A stretch of 64,000 bases of DNA. Source: Carpediemonas membranifera BICM. Lineage: Eukaryota > Protista > Fornicata. The stretch is taken from positions 248,001 to 312,000 of the forward strand of contig JAHDYR010000066.1 of assembly GCA_019828565.1 (NCBI GenBank), given 5' to 3'. A program made the translations under genes and the position numbers. Below the pieces are notes generated by a model. It had not been told where the DNA came from, ran no database searches, and worked only from the letters and a program-made list of their open reading frames with translations. Position 1 is the stretch's first letter. Each line of letters starts with the position of its first letter. This document shows positions 46,350 to 58,183 of the stretch, in pieces.

Positions 46350-46787
46350 TTGCGATCTTCATGACCCGGATAAATTATTGCATGCGCAGAATGGCGCTAT
46401 GATTGCCTGCGTTGAGGGAGATAAGGTTGTGTCCGCAGGAGCATCATCGGCTGGCAAGGAGAGAGGCTTTGTTCCGACTTTGCGATGATCGCAGCTTCAA
46501 CCCTGACCCAAGGATGGACTTCTCGAATGTCAGTCAAGGCATATACCCGCTGGACCCCGCCGAGGACACTGAGCTATGCCCGAACAATCGGCTAAATCTT
46601 TTTCTCTTTACATTCCCTCACCCTTGTTAACCACCCGAGCAACAGGCTAACTGACCACATCTACATACAACGCAAAGAAGCATGTAGGCCGGCACGTCCG
46701 ACTAATTCAAGTCCACAGCCAGAGCGACACCACACCATCGGCTAAATCCGGAGCCGCCAAAGCTGCAACAACAGCAATCGAACGAAA

Positions 46788-47327
46788 ATGACAGACGACG
46801 GCGCAGCGGTATACAGAAGGCTTGCACCAGACATACAGGACTACGAAGAGGAGCGATACATTGACGACCTAATCACCAAAGTGGAGAACCGCGAGACCGG
46901 CCTCGGCACCCGCTTCCTGAAGCTGGAGTCCGCGATATGGGTCTTTGCAGCTGTGGCGCTGCTCTTTTTCACACGCCCGATCCCCCGCATGTACACTGAC
47001 CCTGCAGTCCCGAAGCTCTATGCATACATCGCGACAGCTGCGGCGGCAGTGGTGCTCGGGATCACACTGTACTACTCCGTGTTCCTCAATATCGTCAAGC
47101 GGGACAGCAACTACCTCAAACGGTCTGAATTCCTCTTCACGGTGGCCGCCGGGGCAGTGATCGTGGCGTTCTTCGCCTTCCTCCGCTGCCTCTGGCCATT
47201 GTACGGCTGGCTCACCCCCGTCCTCATCTTCATCTGCTTTATGGCGGTCCTGCACGGGTCAAGCTTCCTGCCCTGGAAGGACAACTCTGGGGGCAAGCCC
47301 GAGGAGGAGGTCAAGGCCACTCAGTGA
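46788..47327 (+). CDS. TMEM128: TMEM128-like four-TM membrane protein
   Basis: Four hydrophobic segments; ESAIWV and LWPLYGWLTPVLIF..FM pattern. Confidence 0.65.
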   Translation: MTDDGAAVYRRLAPDIQDYEEERYIDDLITKVENRETGLGTRFLKLESAIWVFAAVALLFFTRPIPRMYTDPAVPKLYAYIATAAAAVVLGITLYYSVFLNIVKRDSNYLKRSEFLFTVAAGAVIVAFFAFLRCLWPLYGWLTPVLIFICFMAVLHGSSFLPWKDNSGGKPEEEVKATQ

Positions 47328-47494
47328 GGCGCCCAGCATTTGTTCAGCCTCGAATAAAATTTGACATGACAGATAGACCATTTAGGGGCTCCTGCACACA
47401 CTGGCAGGCGCTGCAGCGGCGTCCTTGGTTCTGACGCTAAACTGCGTCGGCACAAATTCCGCACCGAGCGCAAGCCGCAGCAACCCTGTAATTG

Positions 47495-50400
47495 ATGCAG
47501 ACAAGCGCGTGCATTGGGTTCAGTCTTGAATCAGCGCAGGTTGCCAACCTGACCGATTCCGAGCGCAGCTCAATTCTCTACATTGCGTCGAATACCGTTG
47601 TATACCATGATGTGGTGAAGGAGAAGCAATACGTCCTCCAGGGCCACACAAACAAGATCACTTCCCTTCGCATCTCGCCAGACAGGCGCAATGCGGTCTC
47701 AGCTGACGCCGGGCCCGATCCCCTCATCGTCGTGTGGGACACATACGAGCTCGTGCCCAAGCGGACGTACTTCTCCCCCTTCCCAGACCGCGTGGGCGTG
47801 AAGTGCCTGGATGTTAGTGCCGACGGCGAGTTCATTGTCGCGATCTCGGACTCGACGCCCCAGTATCTTGCCGTGTTCAGATGGACCGACGAGAAAACCA
47901 ACAGCGACGCCGCTGCCATGGTCGACGAGGAGCGCCCTATCGCTATGCTCCAGATCGAGGAGACAAACGAGCCGATGACGTATGTGGCGTTCGACCGGGC
48001 GGACCACAGCCGCGTCCTCACCAACGGGCAGACATCCGTCGTGTTCTGGCTCATGGAACCCAACCCCGACTTCGATCCCGAGTCGACTGAGCCCCAGGCC
48101 CCCTTTATGTTCACGTACCACGTGCCCGAGGCGATGACTGGGCCGCACAAGCTGACGAACTCGACATTCACGACGACACCGCCAGACCCGCTAAGCAACA
48201 AGGCCGAGACGATAGAGGCTGTCTCTGCTACCACCACGGGGGCGCTGGTGCAGTGGCTGTGGGACGGGACGGACTACCCCCTCGGGATGCGGAAGGAGAA
48301 GGTCGTGACGGGAATCCACGACCAGGCGCCCCGGGCCATCAACCAGGTCACCGCGGGGGACAACTGGCTGGCCACGGCGGGTGCTGACGGTTGTGTGCGG
48401 GTGTTCGACTTCAAGTTTAAGTCGCTCGCGTCGTACGAGTCGATCAACTCGGGCCCCATCACGGCGCTGTCCTTCGCCAAGCTCGACACGGAGCTGGAGG
48501 ACGACGAGGCCGTGCTGGACGGCACGGCTATCCGCCTTCCCGGCTTCATTGGCAGCACCACGCACGGCGAGATCATCGAGCTGAAGCTGGACGAGTCGTC
48601 GGACCTGCCGCTGGACGGGTCGGGCGTCCACGGCATCATCAAGGGCTTCTCCGCCCCCATAACGTGCATGACGGCCCGGGAGAATACGTATGAGGCGTAC
48701 GTCGGCTCACAGGACGGGCGGTTCCGGATCGTCAGCCTCAACGACCGTTCGTTCGTCCGGGAGCACCGGTTCCAGGAGACTGTGACCGGGACGGACATCG
48801 TGAAGCAGCAGGTGCACATCCCCATCACCCCCCTGTGCGTCGCCACCCACCCCACCGGCGAGCTCATCGCAGTGGGGCTGCAGAACGGCACGCTCAGCCT
48901 CATGAACCCGACGACGCTGGCGGAACTGTCGACGTACACCCACTCGACCCCGGCCATCACCAAGGCTGTGTTCTCCCCGTGCGGCAGGGTCCTGGCGACC
49001 ATCGACGACAGCAGGTGTGTCTCCCTCTACCGCGAGGACCCAACGAAGAAGAAGCCCGCGCTGGACGCGGACGGCCACATGATGAACACCAACCACTGGC
49101 AGTTCGTCGGCAAGTGTCGTGCCCATACCTCCGCCATCGTGGACATGGCGTTCATCCCGCCCCCCACAGATGACGAGGTCACCGCCTTCGGGTACACTGA
49201 GAAGCCCGGGCTGCGGCTGGCGTCGATCGGTCTCGACCGCCACCTGTCCGTGATCGAAGTCGAGCGGTCGAGTGTCACGAGCGGTCTGCTGCTGTCGACC
49301 CACATGATCATCGAGGACGGGGTCGCACCTGCGTTCATCCAGTACCTCCCGGCCAACCCCAGGGCCTTCCACAGCACCCCGGACGGACCGCAGCTGGCCA
49401 TGACGTCCGAGGGCCGCCCCATCCCGGTGTGCAGCGACAACCGACCCGCCCTCATCATCGGCACCCGGGACCATAAGCTGCGGCTGCGGGATGCACAGAC
49501 CTACGAGATCATGCGGACCGCCATCGGCCCCACGTTCGGCCTCTCCATGGACGGGCTGCTGCCGATCCCCCTCGGCGAGGACCAGACGCCGGCAATGGAA
49601 TCTATCCAGCACTCCGGAATCACGATGCCGGACCTGGCCCTGACGCTGCCCGCCTCAGCTCATGAGGGGCAGTACTACCTGTACAAGACACCCGAGAAGG
49701 TCATCGGGCTCGTCCGGTCGCCCTTCGACGGCGACCCCAACCGGGCGATTGGCATGATCGCCCATTGCGGCGAGATCACTGACATCGCACTCACGTTTGA
49801 CGGTCAGTACGCCCTGGCGTGCGGCCGCAACGACGGTGTCCTCACGGCGTGGTCGGTGGACCTCGCCGACTTCAACAACACCGTCGACGCCACCCCCAAG
49901 GGCATCGAGCCCTTCATCGACCTGATCGACGGGGGCCGGGAAGGCACGTTCTTCAACGACCTGCAGGACTATTTCGTATACGCGCAGCTGCGGCACCAGG
50001 GAGAGGACTACAGCCTTGCCCGCAACCCCACGGGCCGCATCCCGGTTAGCACCGTCCCTGACCTCGAGAGGGCGCTCGGCTTCTACCCGTCAGAGTTCGA
50101 CATCAAGGCTCTCGAGGCCGAGATCGCATCCCACACTACGAGAGCGGCCCTAGCCGCGGGCCGGCCGCCGGTCACCCTCGCGATGGCGGAGGTCGACCTG
50201 AATGCGTTCATCCGCCTATTCGTGAACCACAGGCCGCTGGCGCCGCTCGACATGTCCGATATCGCCAGTGCCTTCGAGAAGCTCGGGGCCGAGCGCCTGA
50301 CGGGCCTGCTCGACCGCGGTCTGCTGGCCGACAAGATCGCCGAGACGGGCGATAAGATGACCGAGCTGGAGTTTGCCCGGTGCGTGGCGGCGCTGGTCGG

Positions 50401-50509
50401 CGACTCTGTCGGTGATGCGGAGGCATACCTTGACAGTGTTCTCGGCGGCCAGGTGGCTGCGACGGACTTTGCTGCAAGGATCCTGGGCTTTGATGGACCC
50501 AGCAAGTAA
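47495..50509 (+). CDS. CFAP251: Cilia/flagella-associated WD40 protein CFAP251/WDR66
   Basis: LQGHTNKI, DGDPN..IAH, GGREG.FF..LQDYFVYAQLR.QG and LFVNHRP. Confidence 0.88.
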   Translation: MQTSACIGFSLESAQVANLTDSERSSILYIASNTVVYHDVVKEKQYVLQGHTNKITSLRISPDRRNAVSADAGPDPLIVVWDTYELVPKRTYFSPFPDRVGVKCLDVSADGEFIVAISDSTPQYLAVFRWTDEKTNSDAAAMVDEERPIAMLQIEETNEPMTYVAFDRADHSRVLTNGQTSVVFWLMEPNPDFDPESTEPQAPFMFTYHVPEAMTGPHKLTNSTFTTTPPDPLSNKAETIEAVSATTTGALVQWLWDGTDYPLGMRKEKVVTGIHDQAPRAINQVTAGDNWLATAGADGCVRVFDFKFKSLASYESINSGPITALSFAKLDTELEDDEAVLDGTAIRLPGFIGSTTHGEIIELKLDESSDLPLDGSGVHGIIKGFSAPITCMTARENTYEAYVGSQDGRFRIVSLNDRSFVREHRFQETVTGTDIVKQQVHIPITPLCVATHPTGELIAVGLQNGTLSLMNPTTLAELSTYTHSTPAITKAVFSPCGRVLATIDDSRCVSLYREDPTKKKPALDADGHMMNTNHWQFVGKCRAHTSAIVDMAFIPPPTDDEVTAFGYTEKPGLRLASIGLDRHLSVIEVERSSVTSGLLLSTHMIIEDGVAPAFIQYLPANPRAFHSTPDGPQLAMTSEGRPIPVCSDNRPALIIGTRDHKLRLRDAQTYEIMRTAIGPTFGLSMDGLLPIPLGEDQTPAMESIQHSGITMPDLALTLPASAHEGQYYLYKTPEKVIGLVRSPFDGDPNRAIGMIAHCGEITDIALTFDGQYALACGRNDGVLTAWSVDLADFNNTVDATPKGIEPFIDLIDGGREGTFFNDLQDYFVYAQLRHQGEDYSLARNPTGRIPVSTVPDLERALGFYPSEFDIKALEAEIASHTTRAALAAGRPPVTLAMAEVDLNAFIRLFVNHRPLAPLDMSDIASAFEKLGAERLTGLLDRGLLADKIAETGDKMTELEFARCVAALVGDSVGDAEAYLDSVLGGQVAATDFAARILGFDGPSK

Positions 50510-50759
50510 GAGTGCTGTGACATAAACTTTTGTTTCTAAGTTTTTAAATGTTAGGCTGGGAGGGAGTTTGGAGAGAGGTTTAGACAATGCGACCTTGGAG
50601 AGCCGGGGCATACAGACTGGGATGCGGCGCTGCTGCGGGCCAGACGCCATCTTAACATAGCCTCCCGATTTTTTCCTCCTCATTTTTTATCCTGCAATTG
50701 TGTCCAGATCTTGACGAGATCTGTTGGGATCTTGGCCCCATGCTCTGACCCAAACGTAT

Positions 50760-52567
<1,808 letters not shown>

Positions 52568-52629
52568 ACGATAATAGCGGAATTATTAATTAAGGTCAGC
52601 GGGCAAGTTTACTTCGGCGGTCGACTGGA

Positions 52630-53883
52630 TCAGATCTTCTTATGCTGGGCGATCTTGTAGAGCTTGTAGATGCCCGCTAGACAGAGGAACACGATGCCGC
52701 CCGCCGGGGTGGTTGCAAGGATCACGATGAAGTAGCCGTTGAAGAAGACGGCGCAGACGAACGCCGTCACGCCTGCCGTGACAGCCGCGGCGATGCATGC
52801 GAAGAGACAGAGGAACGCCACGCTGCGGGCCATGACTTGGATCGAGGCCACCTTCTTTTTGACATTGCGGACAGTGTCATCCCGCCCCTTGACGACGAGG
52901 ATCGTCAGGGCGGTGTGGTACACAGCCGAGACGAGGAACACGGTGAGGCCGATGCCCACGACAGCGAGGGCCGCGGACCCAAACAGGAGGTATACGTTCC
53001 AGTGGTTCAACGCGAAGCCGACGAGCAGGAATATAGCGACACCCGCGCCGAATCCGACGCCTGCTGACCATGCAAGGGTGCCGACGCTGTCCTTGTGCGC
53101 TGCAGGGACGCCGTAGGTGGCGTATATGATCGAGATGACCTGCGAGCCAACCCCGATGACGATGGCGCCGGGGATACAGATGCAGGCTAAAGCGATAGCG
53201 ATGTTGATGACGCGGAGGTTGAATATGATGCCGAGGGGCACAACGCCGATGAGGCTGATTACGGTAAGCACCACGCCGACGATGCCGATGCGGAAGACCG
53301 TGTTGATCAGCGTCGTCACCGGTAGGGCAGGCGTTTCCTTGGTCAGCATGAGCTTCCGTCGCCACGTCCCGGTGAGTATGGCGAGGAGCAGCCCGTCTCC
53401 CGTTGGCGGGGTCGAGGGAATGGTCACAACACGCACGGGCTCAGGCTTGGGCGGGACGACAGTGGCGCTGGGCTTGTCGGCGCCGTAGTCCGGCGCTGTG
53501 TGATTGAAGTGCTTCTGATCTTCATCGGATGAGGATGACGAGGAGTCTCGCCTGCAGTTCTTGCCTCTGCTGTGCGTGTCCCTAGCAGGTCCTGGCGGCT
53601 CCATGGCCGGCTCGGGGGCGAACGTAGGGGCCGACGGGGCCGTGTATGGGTTGGGACCGTACGGTGCTGCAGCGGGGCCAGGCGCGTACGATTGGCCGTA
53701 TGGATTGGAAGGCTCTGAGCCATACTGGGCGTATGTATAGTCTGTGGGGGCCATTCCACTGTCGCCTGCATTGCCGTAGGGATTATCGGGATAGCGATAC
53801 GCCTGTCCTGGCTGTCCCTGATTGTTTCCTCCCACAACATTGCCGTATGGACTGCTGCCGTATTGTGAATAGAACTCGCCCAT
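52630..53883 (-). CDS. Multi-pass membrane protein with Pro/Tyr/Gln-rich N-terminus
   Basis: Probable start MGEFYSQY at 53883; about six hydrophobic segments. Confidence 0.7.
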   Translation of the reverse strand: MGEFYSQYGSSPYGNVVGGNNQGQPGQAYRYPDNPYGNAGDSGMAPTDYTYAQYGSEPSNPYGQSYAPGPAAAPYGPNPYTAPSAPTFAPEPAMEPPGPARDTHSRGKNCRRDSSSSSSDEDQKHFNHTAPDYGADKPSATVVPPKPEPVRVVTIPSTPPTGDGLLLAILTGTWRRKLMLTKETPALPVTTLINTVFRIGIVGVVLTVISLIGVVPLGIIFNLRVINIAIALACICIPGAIVIGVGSQVISIIYATYGVPAAHKDSVGTLAWSAGVGFGAGVAIFLLVGFALNHWNVYLLFGSAALAVVGIGLTVFLVSAVYHTALTILVVKGRDDTVRNVKKKVASIQVMARSVAFLCLFACIAAAVTAGVTAFVCAVFFNGYFIVILATTPAGGIVFLCLAGIYKLYKIAQHKKI

Positions 53884-54295
53884 CGATTTCCCGAACTTGT
53901 GGCAACTTCTTCCTTGAAGACCCGATCTGACTCGAGGATTGTATCTCGTCGGGCAACCGGAGTACCCCACAGGGCACGAAGGAGCGGCAGCAGGGTGCCT
54001 ATGCGGCCAGCATGCTGTCGGGCTGAGGGATCCAAGGATTCCGGAGTCTGGTATGGCTGACCCCTGCCCTGCGGAAGGGGCAGACACAAGCTCTCCACAT
54101 GATGCTATCCAGAGGCTACGCACTACGTGTTATGTCAGGAGGTGGAATGATTGGTGGTGGGTTGACGCTGAGAATGAAGATCAATAACGGCATACAATCG
54201 TATGTCGCCACTCTGCAATCGATTCAGTGCGCCACTGGCGACAGTACAGCCCGGGTTCCAGACACCGCAGGTTTTGACAAGTGAAACCGACACTT

Positions 54296-55836
54296 ATGCT
54301 CAACATCCGCCAGGAGCTTGCTGCTGACCAGTTTGATGCTCCATCATTTGTAGATAAGCTTAGGTCTCAAGGAAATTTAGTTCTTTTGCGTGCTAATGTT
54401 CGTTTTATCCTGCTACACCTCTCACATAGGTAGAAACTATCAAGGACCAGGCCAACGACGAGCTTATTACTGCAATACACGAGCAATGCTCTGCGGTGAT
54501 TCACCCCATCACCAAGATTAACCCCAGAGACATCACCACCGTTCGGGAGAAGCTTGAGGCACTGACCGAGCCATTCACAGAGTACGAGCGTCTCATGGGG
54601 ACCCACAGGGCGAAGATAGACGCCACCAAGGCAGCAATTCACCACTCTAACGACGAGATCAAGCGAGCGATGTTTGCCCAGGCCCTCTTCCGCAGTGTCC
54701 ACACCCTCGTCGCCTCCCTGGATGCCCCCGAACCGGTGGACATCGACGCCGTGACCAGCGAATACTGCAAGCTCGCCAAGACTGTTGACCAGGCCACCCC
54801 GCGCCAGGGACACCCCCTGAGGGCAGCACTGCGGGACGGCAAGGGGACGCTGGTCGACAGGATCCTGGGCCAGACCATCGTGAAGGCCGACGTGTCGGAT
54901 GAGGACGCCGCTAGGGCCATACAGGCAGTGGTCCGGCTTGGGGCGGACGACCGGCTGTTGTCGACGCTGACCCAGGAGATCTCCGCGAGGATGGGCGATG
55001 CAGACACGATGCAGGATGCCATCAAGGCCATCACCCCGGTACTAGCGTCGCCCTGGTTCACTACCGTGGCCGCAGCCAGTGTGCGTCTGGCCACGACGGC
55101 CGACCCCGACATGTCTATCCAGTTCCACATGTCACACGCGATGCTAGCAGCCATGAAGGCGGTCAAGCGGGACAGTGCGCTGGTAACCGTGTCCACCGAG
55201 TCTGAGATGAAGCAATTCGAGCGGGACTACATGTCCGCCCACGCCTACCTCCAGACGCTGCATGGCATGTTCGCCCGTGCGGCCGGGACCGAGGGGGAGA
55301 TCGAGACATTCGTGCAATTCGCGATAGAGGACCGCCGGATGCATGACGCCTTCATGTCGTGTCTTTTGATCCCGAGGCACAGAGTCGACGCCTACTACAA
55401 GCAGAAGCAGCTCGCCGCCATCAGCGCATTCGAGAAGAAGCTCGAGATGAACGGCATCAAACCGACCAACAACACATTTATCTTTGACCTGAAGACCGAG
55501 GGTCCCCGCCTCCTCCAAGAGCAGCTCGAGCGCGTCTTCTCGGACCACATCACACCCGACCCGATGCGGGGCACGGCGCCGCAGCTTATGGCGCACTATG
55601 TGTCACTGCTGTTCGCTGTCGTAGATCAGTTTAGTGCATGGGCGCAGCGGCTGAAGGGGAGAGAGCCGGACGCCAAGCTGACCCTGGTCACCGACGACGT
55701 CCAGACGCTGTGCACTGCCGAGGGCGTTCTCAGTGTCGTCAAGGGCCGCATCGCGGAAGCATGGGGTGAGGAGTCGGCACGAAAGGTCGTTGAGGCGGCA
55801 AGGTCGAGGATGCTCAAGGGCGTCTCATTTTATTGA
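54296..55836 (+). CDS. COG2-like vesicle-tethering subunit (intron 54398-54429)
   Basis: Spliced N-terminus DQFDAPSFV..L..LR..ELITAI resembles the COG2/Vps51 N-terminus; helical protein. Confidence 0.55.
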
Positions 55837-56030
55837 CTTGACTGCCTGAGAAATGCATCTTGCGGCTGTATTAAATTCCATAGCAGACGGTGGGTTGCAT
55901 ATTGCCGTCGACTTCGCAATCTATGATCTATAGTTGAGCCCATGCAACCGTCAGACTGGCTTGGTCTCGTCATCTTTTTTTGTGCAAGTGATCTTTTTTC
56001 ATGAAAAAAAGAGAGACGATAGCAATTTCC

Positions 56031-56367
56031 ATGTCTGAGCTCGCCTGTGTGTACGCTGCTCTCGCTCTTGCTGACGCCGGTGTTGAGATCACCGCCGACA
56101 AGCTTGTCGCCATGACCAAGGCCGCTAACGTCGAGGTTCAGCCTGTTTGTTCACCATTGTTCAATTCTCATCCAGATCTGGGCTTCCCTCTTCGCCAAGT
56201 TCCTTGAGGGCAAGGACGTTATGGACATGCTCTCCAACGTTGGCTCTGGTGCCGCTGCTGCCCCCGCCGCCGCTGGCGCTGCCGCCGCTTCTGAGGAGGC
56301 CGCTGCTGAGGAGGAGGCCGAGGAGTCCGAGAGCGACTCCGACATGGGCTTCGACCTTTTCGGCTAA
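56031..56367 (+). CDS. RPLP1: 60S acidic ribosomal protein P1 (intron 56145-56175)
   Basis: [16 protein letters not shown]|[20 protein letters not shown]. Confidence 0.96.
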
Positions 56368-56580
56368 GGATTATCCTCAGTGTAAACCCAAAAATCATTG
56401 ATGACGCTGTCGTCTTCGTTCATGAGTTGATTTATAACTGATTAACGGAATAGGAATGTCTTGACGCCGGCCCAGCAAGCTTTAGCTCACGGCATGCATA
56501 GTGGAGCTACTACCAGCGACACCACCCGCCACTGCAGGGAGCCGAGGGCAAAAGTGCTCATCGACGTAGCGGAGGTGAAT

Positions 56581-57675
56581 ATGGTGAAGAAGCCCTTTAT
56601 CGATAAGAAGAGCGCTGTTCACTTCAAGCTGATGAATACGTCGTATCACGGCGAGAACGTCATTGCTGGCGAGCAGGCGAATTACTGGGAAGAAGTGAAT
56701 CCGCCAAACATGGCCCCCGAGGCCGCTGCTGCTCGCAAGGTCCAGAAGATCGACCTCAATGAGAGCGATGACGACGATCCATTCCGCGAGGTCGACGACG
56801 AGGGCATCCCCAAGGACCTCGATGTCGAGGAAGGCTCCGACGTTGAGATCGACGACGAGCTGCGCGAGGCTATGCGTGCCCGCATGGAAGAGTACGGCAT
56901 GGAGAGCGAGGATGCGTACGACGAGGAGACTTGCGATGACGACAGCGAGGAGGGCTTCGACTTTGGCGACGAGACCGAGTCCGACGATGAGGAGTACGAC
57001 TTCGACTTCCCCAAGGACCGCAACGCCAAGGTCGACATGGCCGAGCTGGGGCCGGCAGACCGGGGAGACTACGGCCAGTTCTTCGACGGGCTGTCTGACG
57101 ATGAGGTCGACGATGAAGAGGGCCTCGGCGACGTGCACGACCTTGAAGACGAGATCATGGCGGAGATGGCGAACATGGACGTGCGGCACGACGTGAAGCA
57201 GATCGCGGAGATGATGAGGCAGACGCCCGAGGACATCGAGAAGACACGGCTAATCGTCGCGCAGAAGGAAAAGAAGAAGAAGATCGCCATCGCGACGTCC
57301 AACATCGTCCGCAACGTCATGGACCGCGAGTTCGACCCCAGCAAGGAGCACAAGCCCGCGACCATCGGCCCCGCCATCCGCATCAGCAAGGGCGGCTTCC
57401 CCATCGGTGTGCTGCGCCGCAAGGGACAGGAGAGCGACGACGAGTACGATTCCGATGAGTCTGACGGAGCGCCCAAGGTCGACCTCGGCGTTGCCCGCAA
57501 CAAGGAGGAGACGGCCGAGGAGAAGAAAGCTCGGAAGGCGGCCATCAAGAAGGCCAAGGCGGAGGTCCGGGAGGGGAAGAAGACGGCTGCGAAGGAGCTC
57601 AAGAAGAAGCTGAGGAAGAAGGAGACGAGCCGCATGGGCAACGTGCTCCAGCCGCAGGGCCGCAAGCTGTACTAG
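56581..57675 (+). CDS. LTV1: 40S biogenesis factor LTV1
   Basis: KKPFIDKKSAVHFKL, G.PIGVL and R.KEETAEEKKARKAAIK..R..KK. Confidence 0.85.
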   Translation: MVKKPFIDKKSAVHFKLMNTSYHGENVIAGEQANYWEEVNPPNMAPEAAAARKVQKIDLNESDDDDPFREVDDEGIPKDLDVEEGSDVEIDDELREAMRARMEEYGMESEDAYDEETCDDDSEEGFDFGDETESDDEEYDFDFPKDRNAKVDMAELGPADRGDYGQFFDGLSDDEVDDEEGLGDVHDLEDEIMAEMANMDVRHDVKQIAEMMRQTPEDIEKTRLIVAQKEKKKKIAIATSNIVRNVMDREFDPSKEHKPATIGPAIRISKGGFPIGVLRRKGQESDDEYDSDESDGAPKVDLGVARNKEETAEEKKARKAAIKKAKAEVREGKKTAAKELKKKLRKKETSRMGNVLQPQGRKLY

Positions 57676-57990
57676 GGCCTCGGACTCTGTAAATACGCGG
57701 ATTAGTTCGCAGAGCGGGGCGGGGGGCTGCTATGGGATGGGGGGCGGGCCTTCTCGGTCCCGGGCCCGGGTCTGGGTTTGAGCAGATGAGTCTCTCTGAA
57801 GTTCCAAGCCCAGCAACACGGATGATTTAGATCAATCAGCACCTCAACTACTTCTACCCCAACGGCAGTGTCTCCACAACAACGGACTCGCAGTCACAGA
57901 TCCGCTTCGGCAGCTGAGCACCACCCCAACTGTGTCGGAGTGGCTGTGGCCACCGCACTTTAAGACACATCTCACCGTGCTATTGAAGGG

Positions 57991-58018
57991 TCGAACAATG
58001 TGTTTACACTGCGCAACA
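57991..58018 (+). repeat. Upstream direct-repeat copy of the eIF2B-beta promoter/5'UTR flanking Fanzor locus 2
   Basis: 26/28 identity to 59871-59898. Confidence 0.9.
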
Positions 58019-58183
58019 CTGCCCTATCTCCCTCCTACTCACGTCTTAAGTCGGTAGGGAGATCGTCTTCTCCAGGGCTTCCACAAAGCGTCTTCTTCGT
58101 GGACGTCAGCACAGCTGCAAACATCACAATCGCTCACACGTCGTCTCATTGTCTTCTATTCCACATTAAATTCACTTCTACAC

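Noticed and set aside
46350-46787. Possible ncRNA in a long intergenic gap
   Set aside because: No recognisable tRNA, snRNA or snoRNA motifs by eye.
57811-57850. Second degenerate omegaRNA copy upstream of Fanzor locus 2 (shared ACGGATGAT)
   Set aside because: The match is too short and gapped to distinguish from chance, and there is no counterpart at locus 1.
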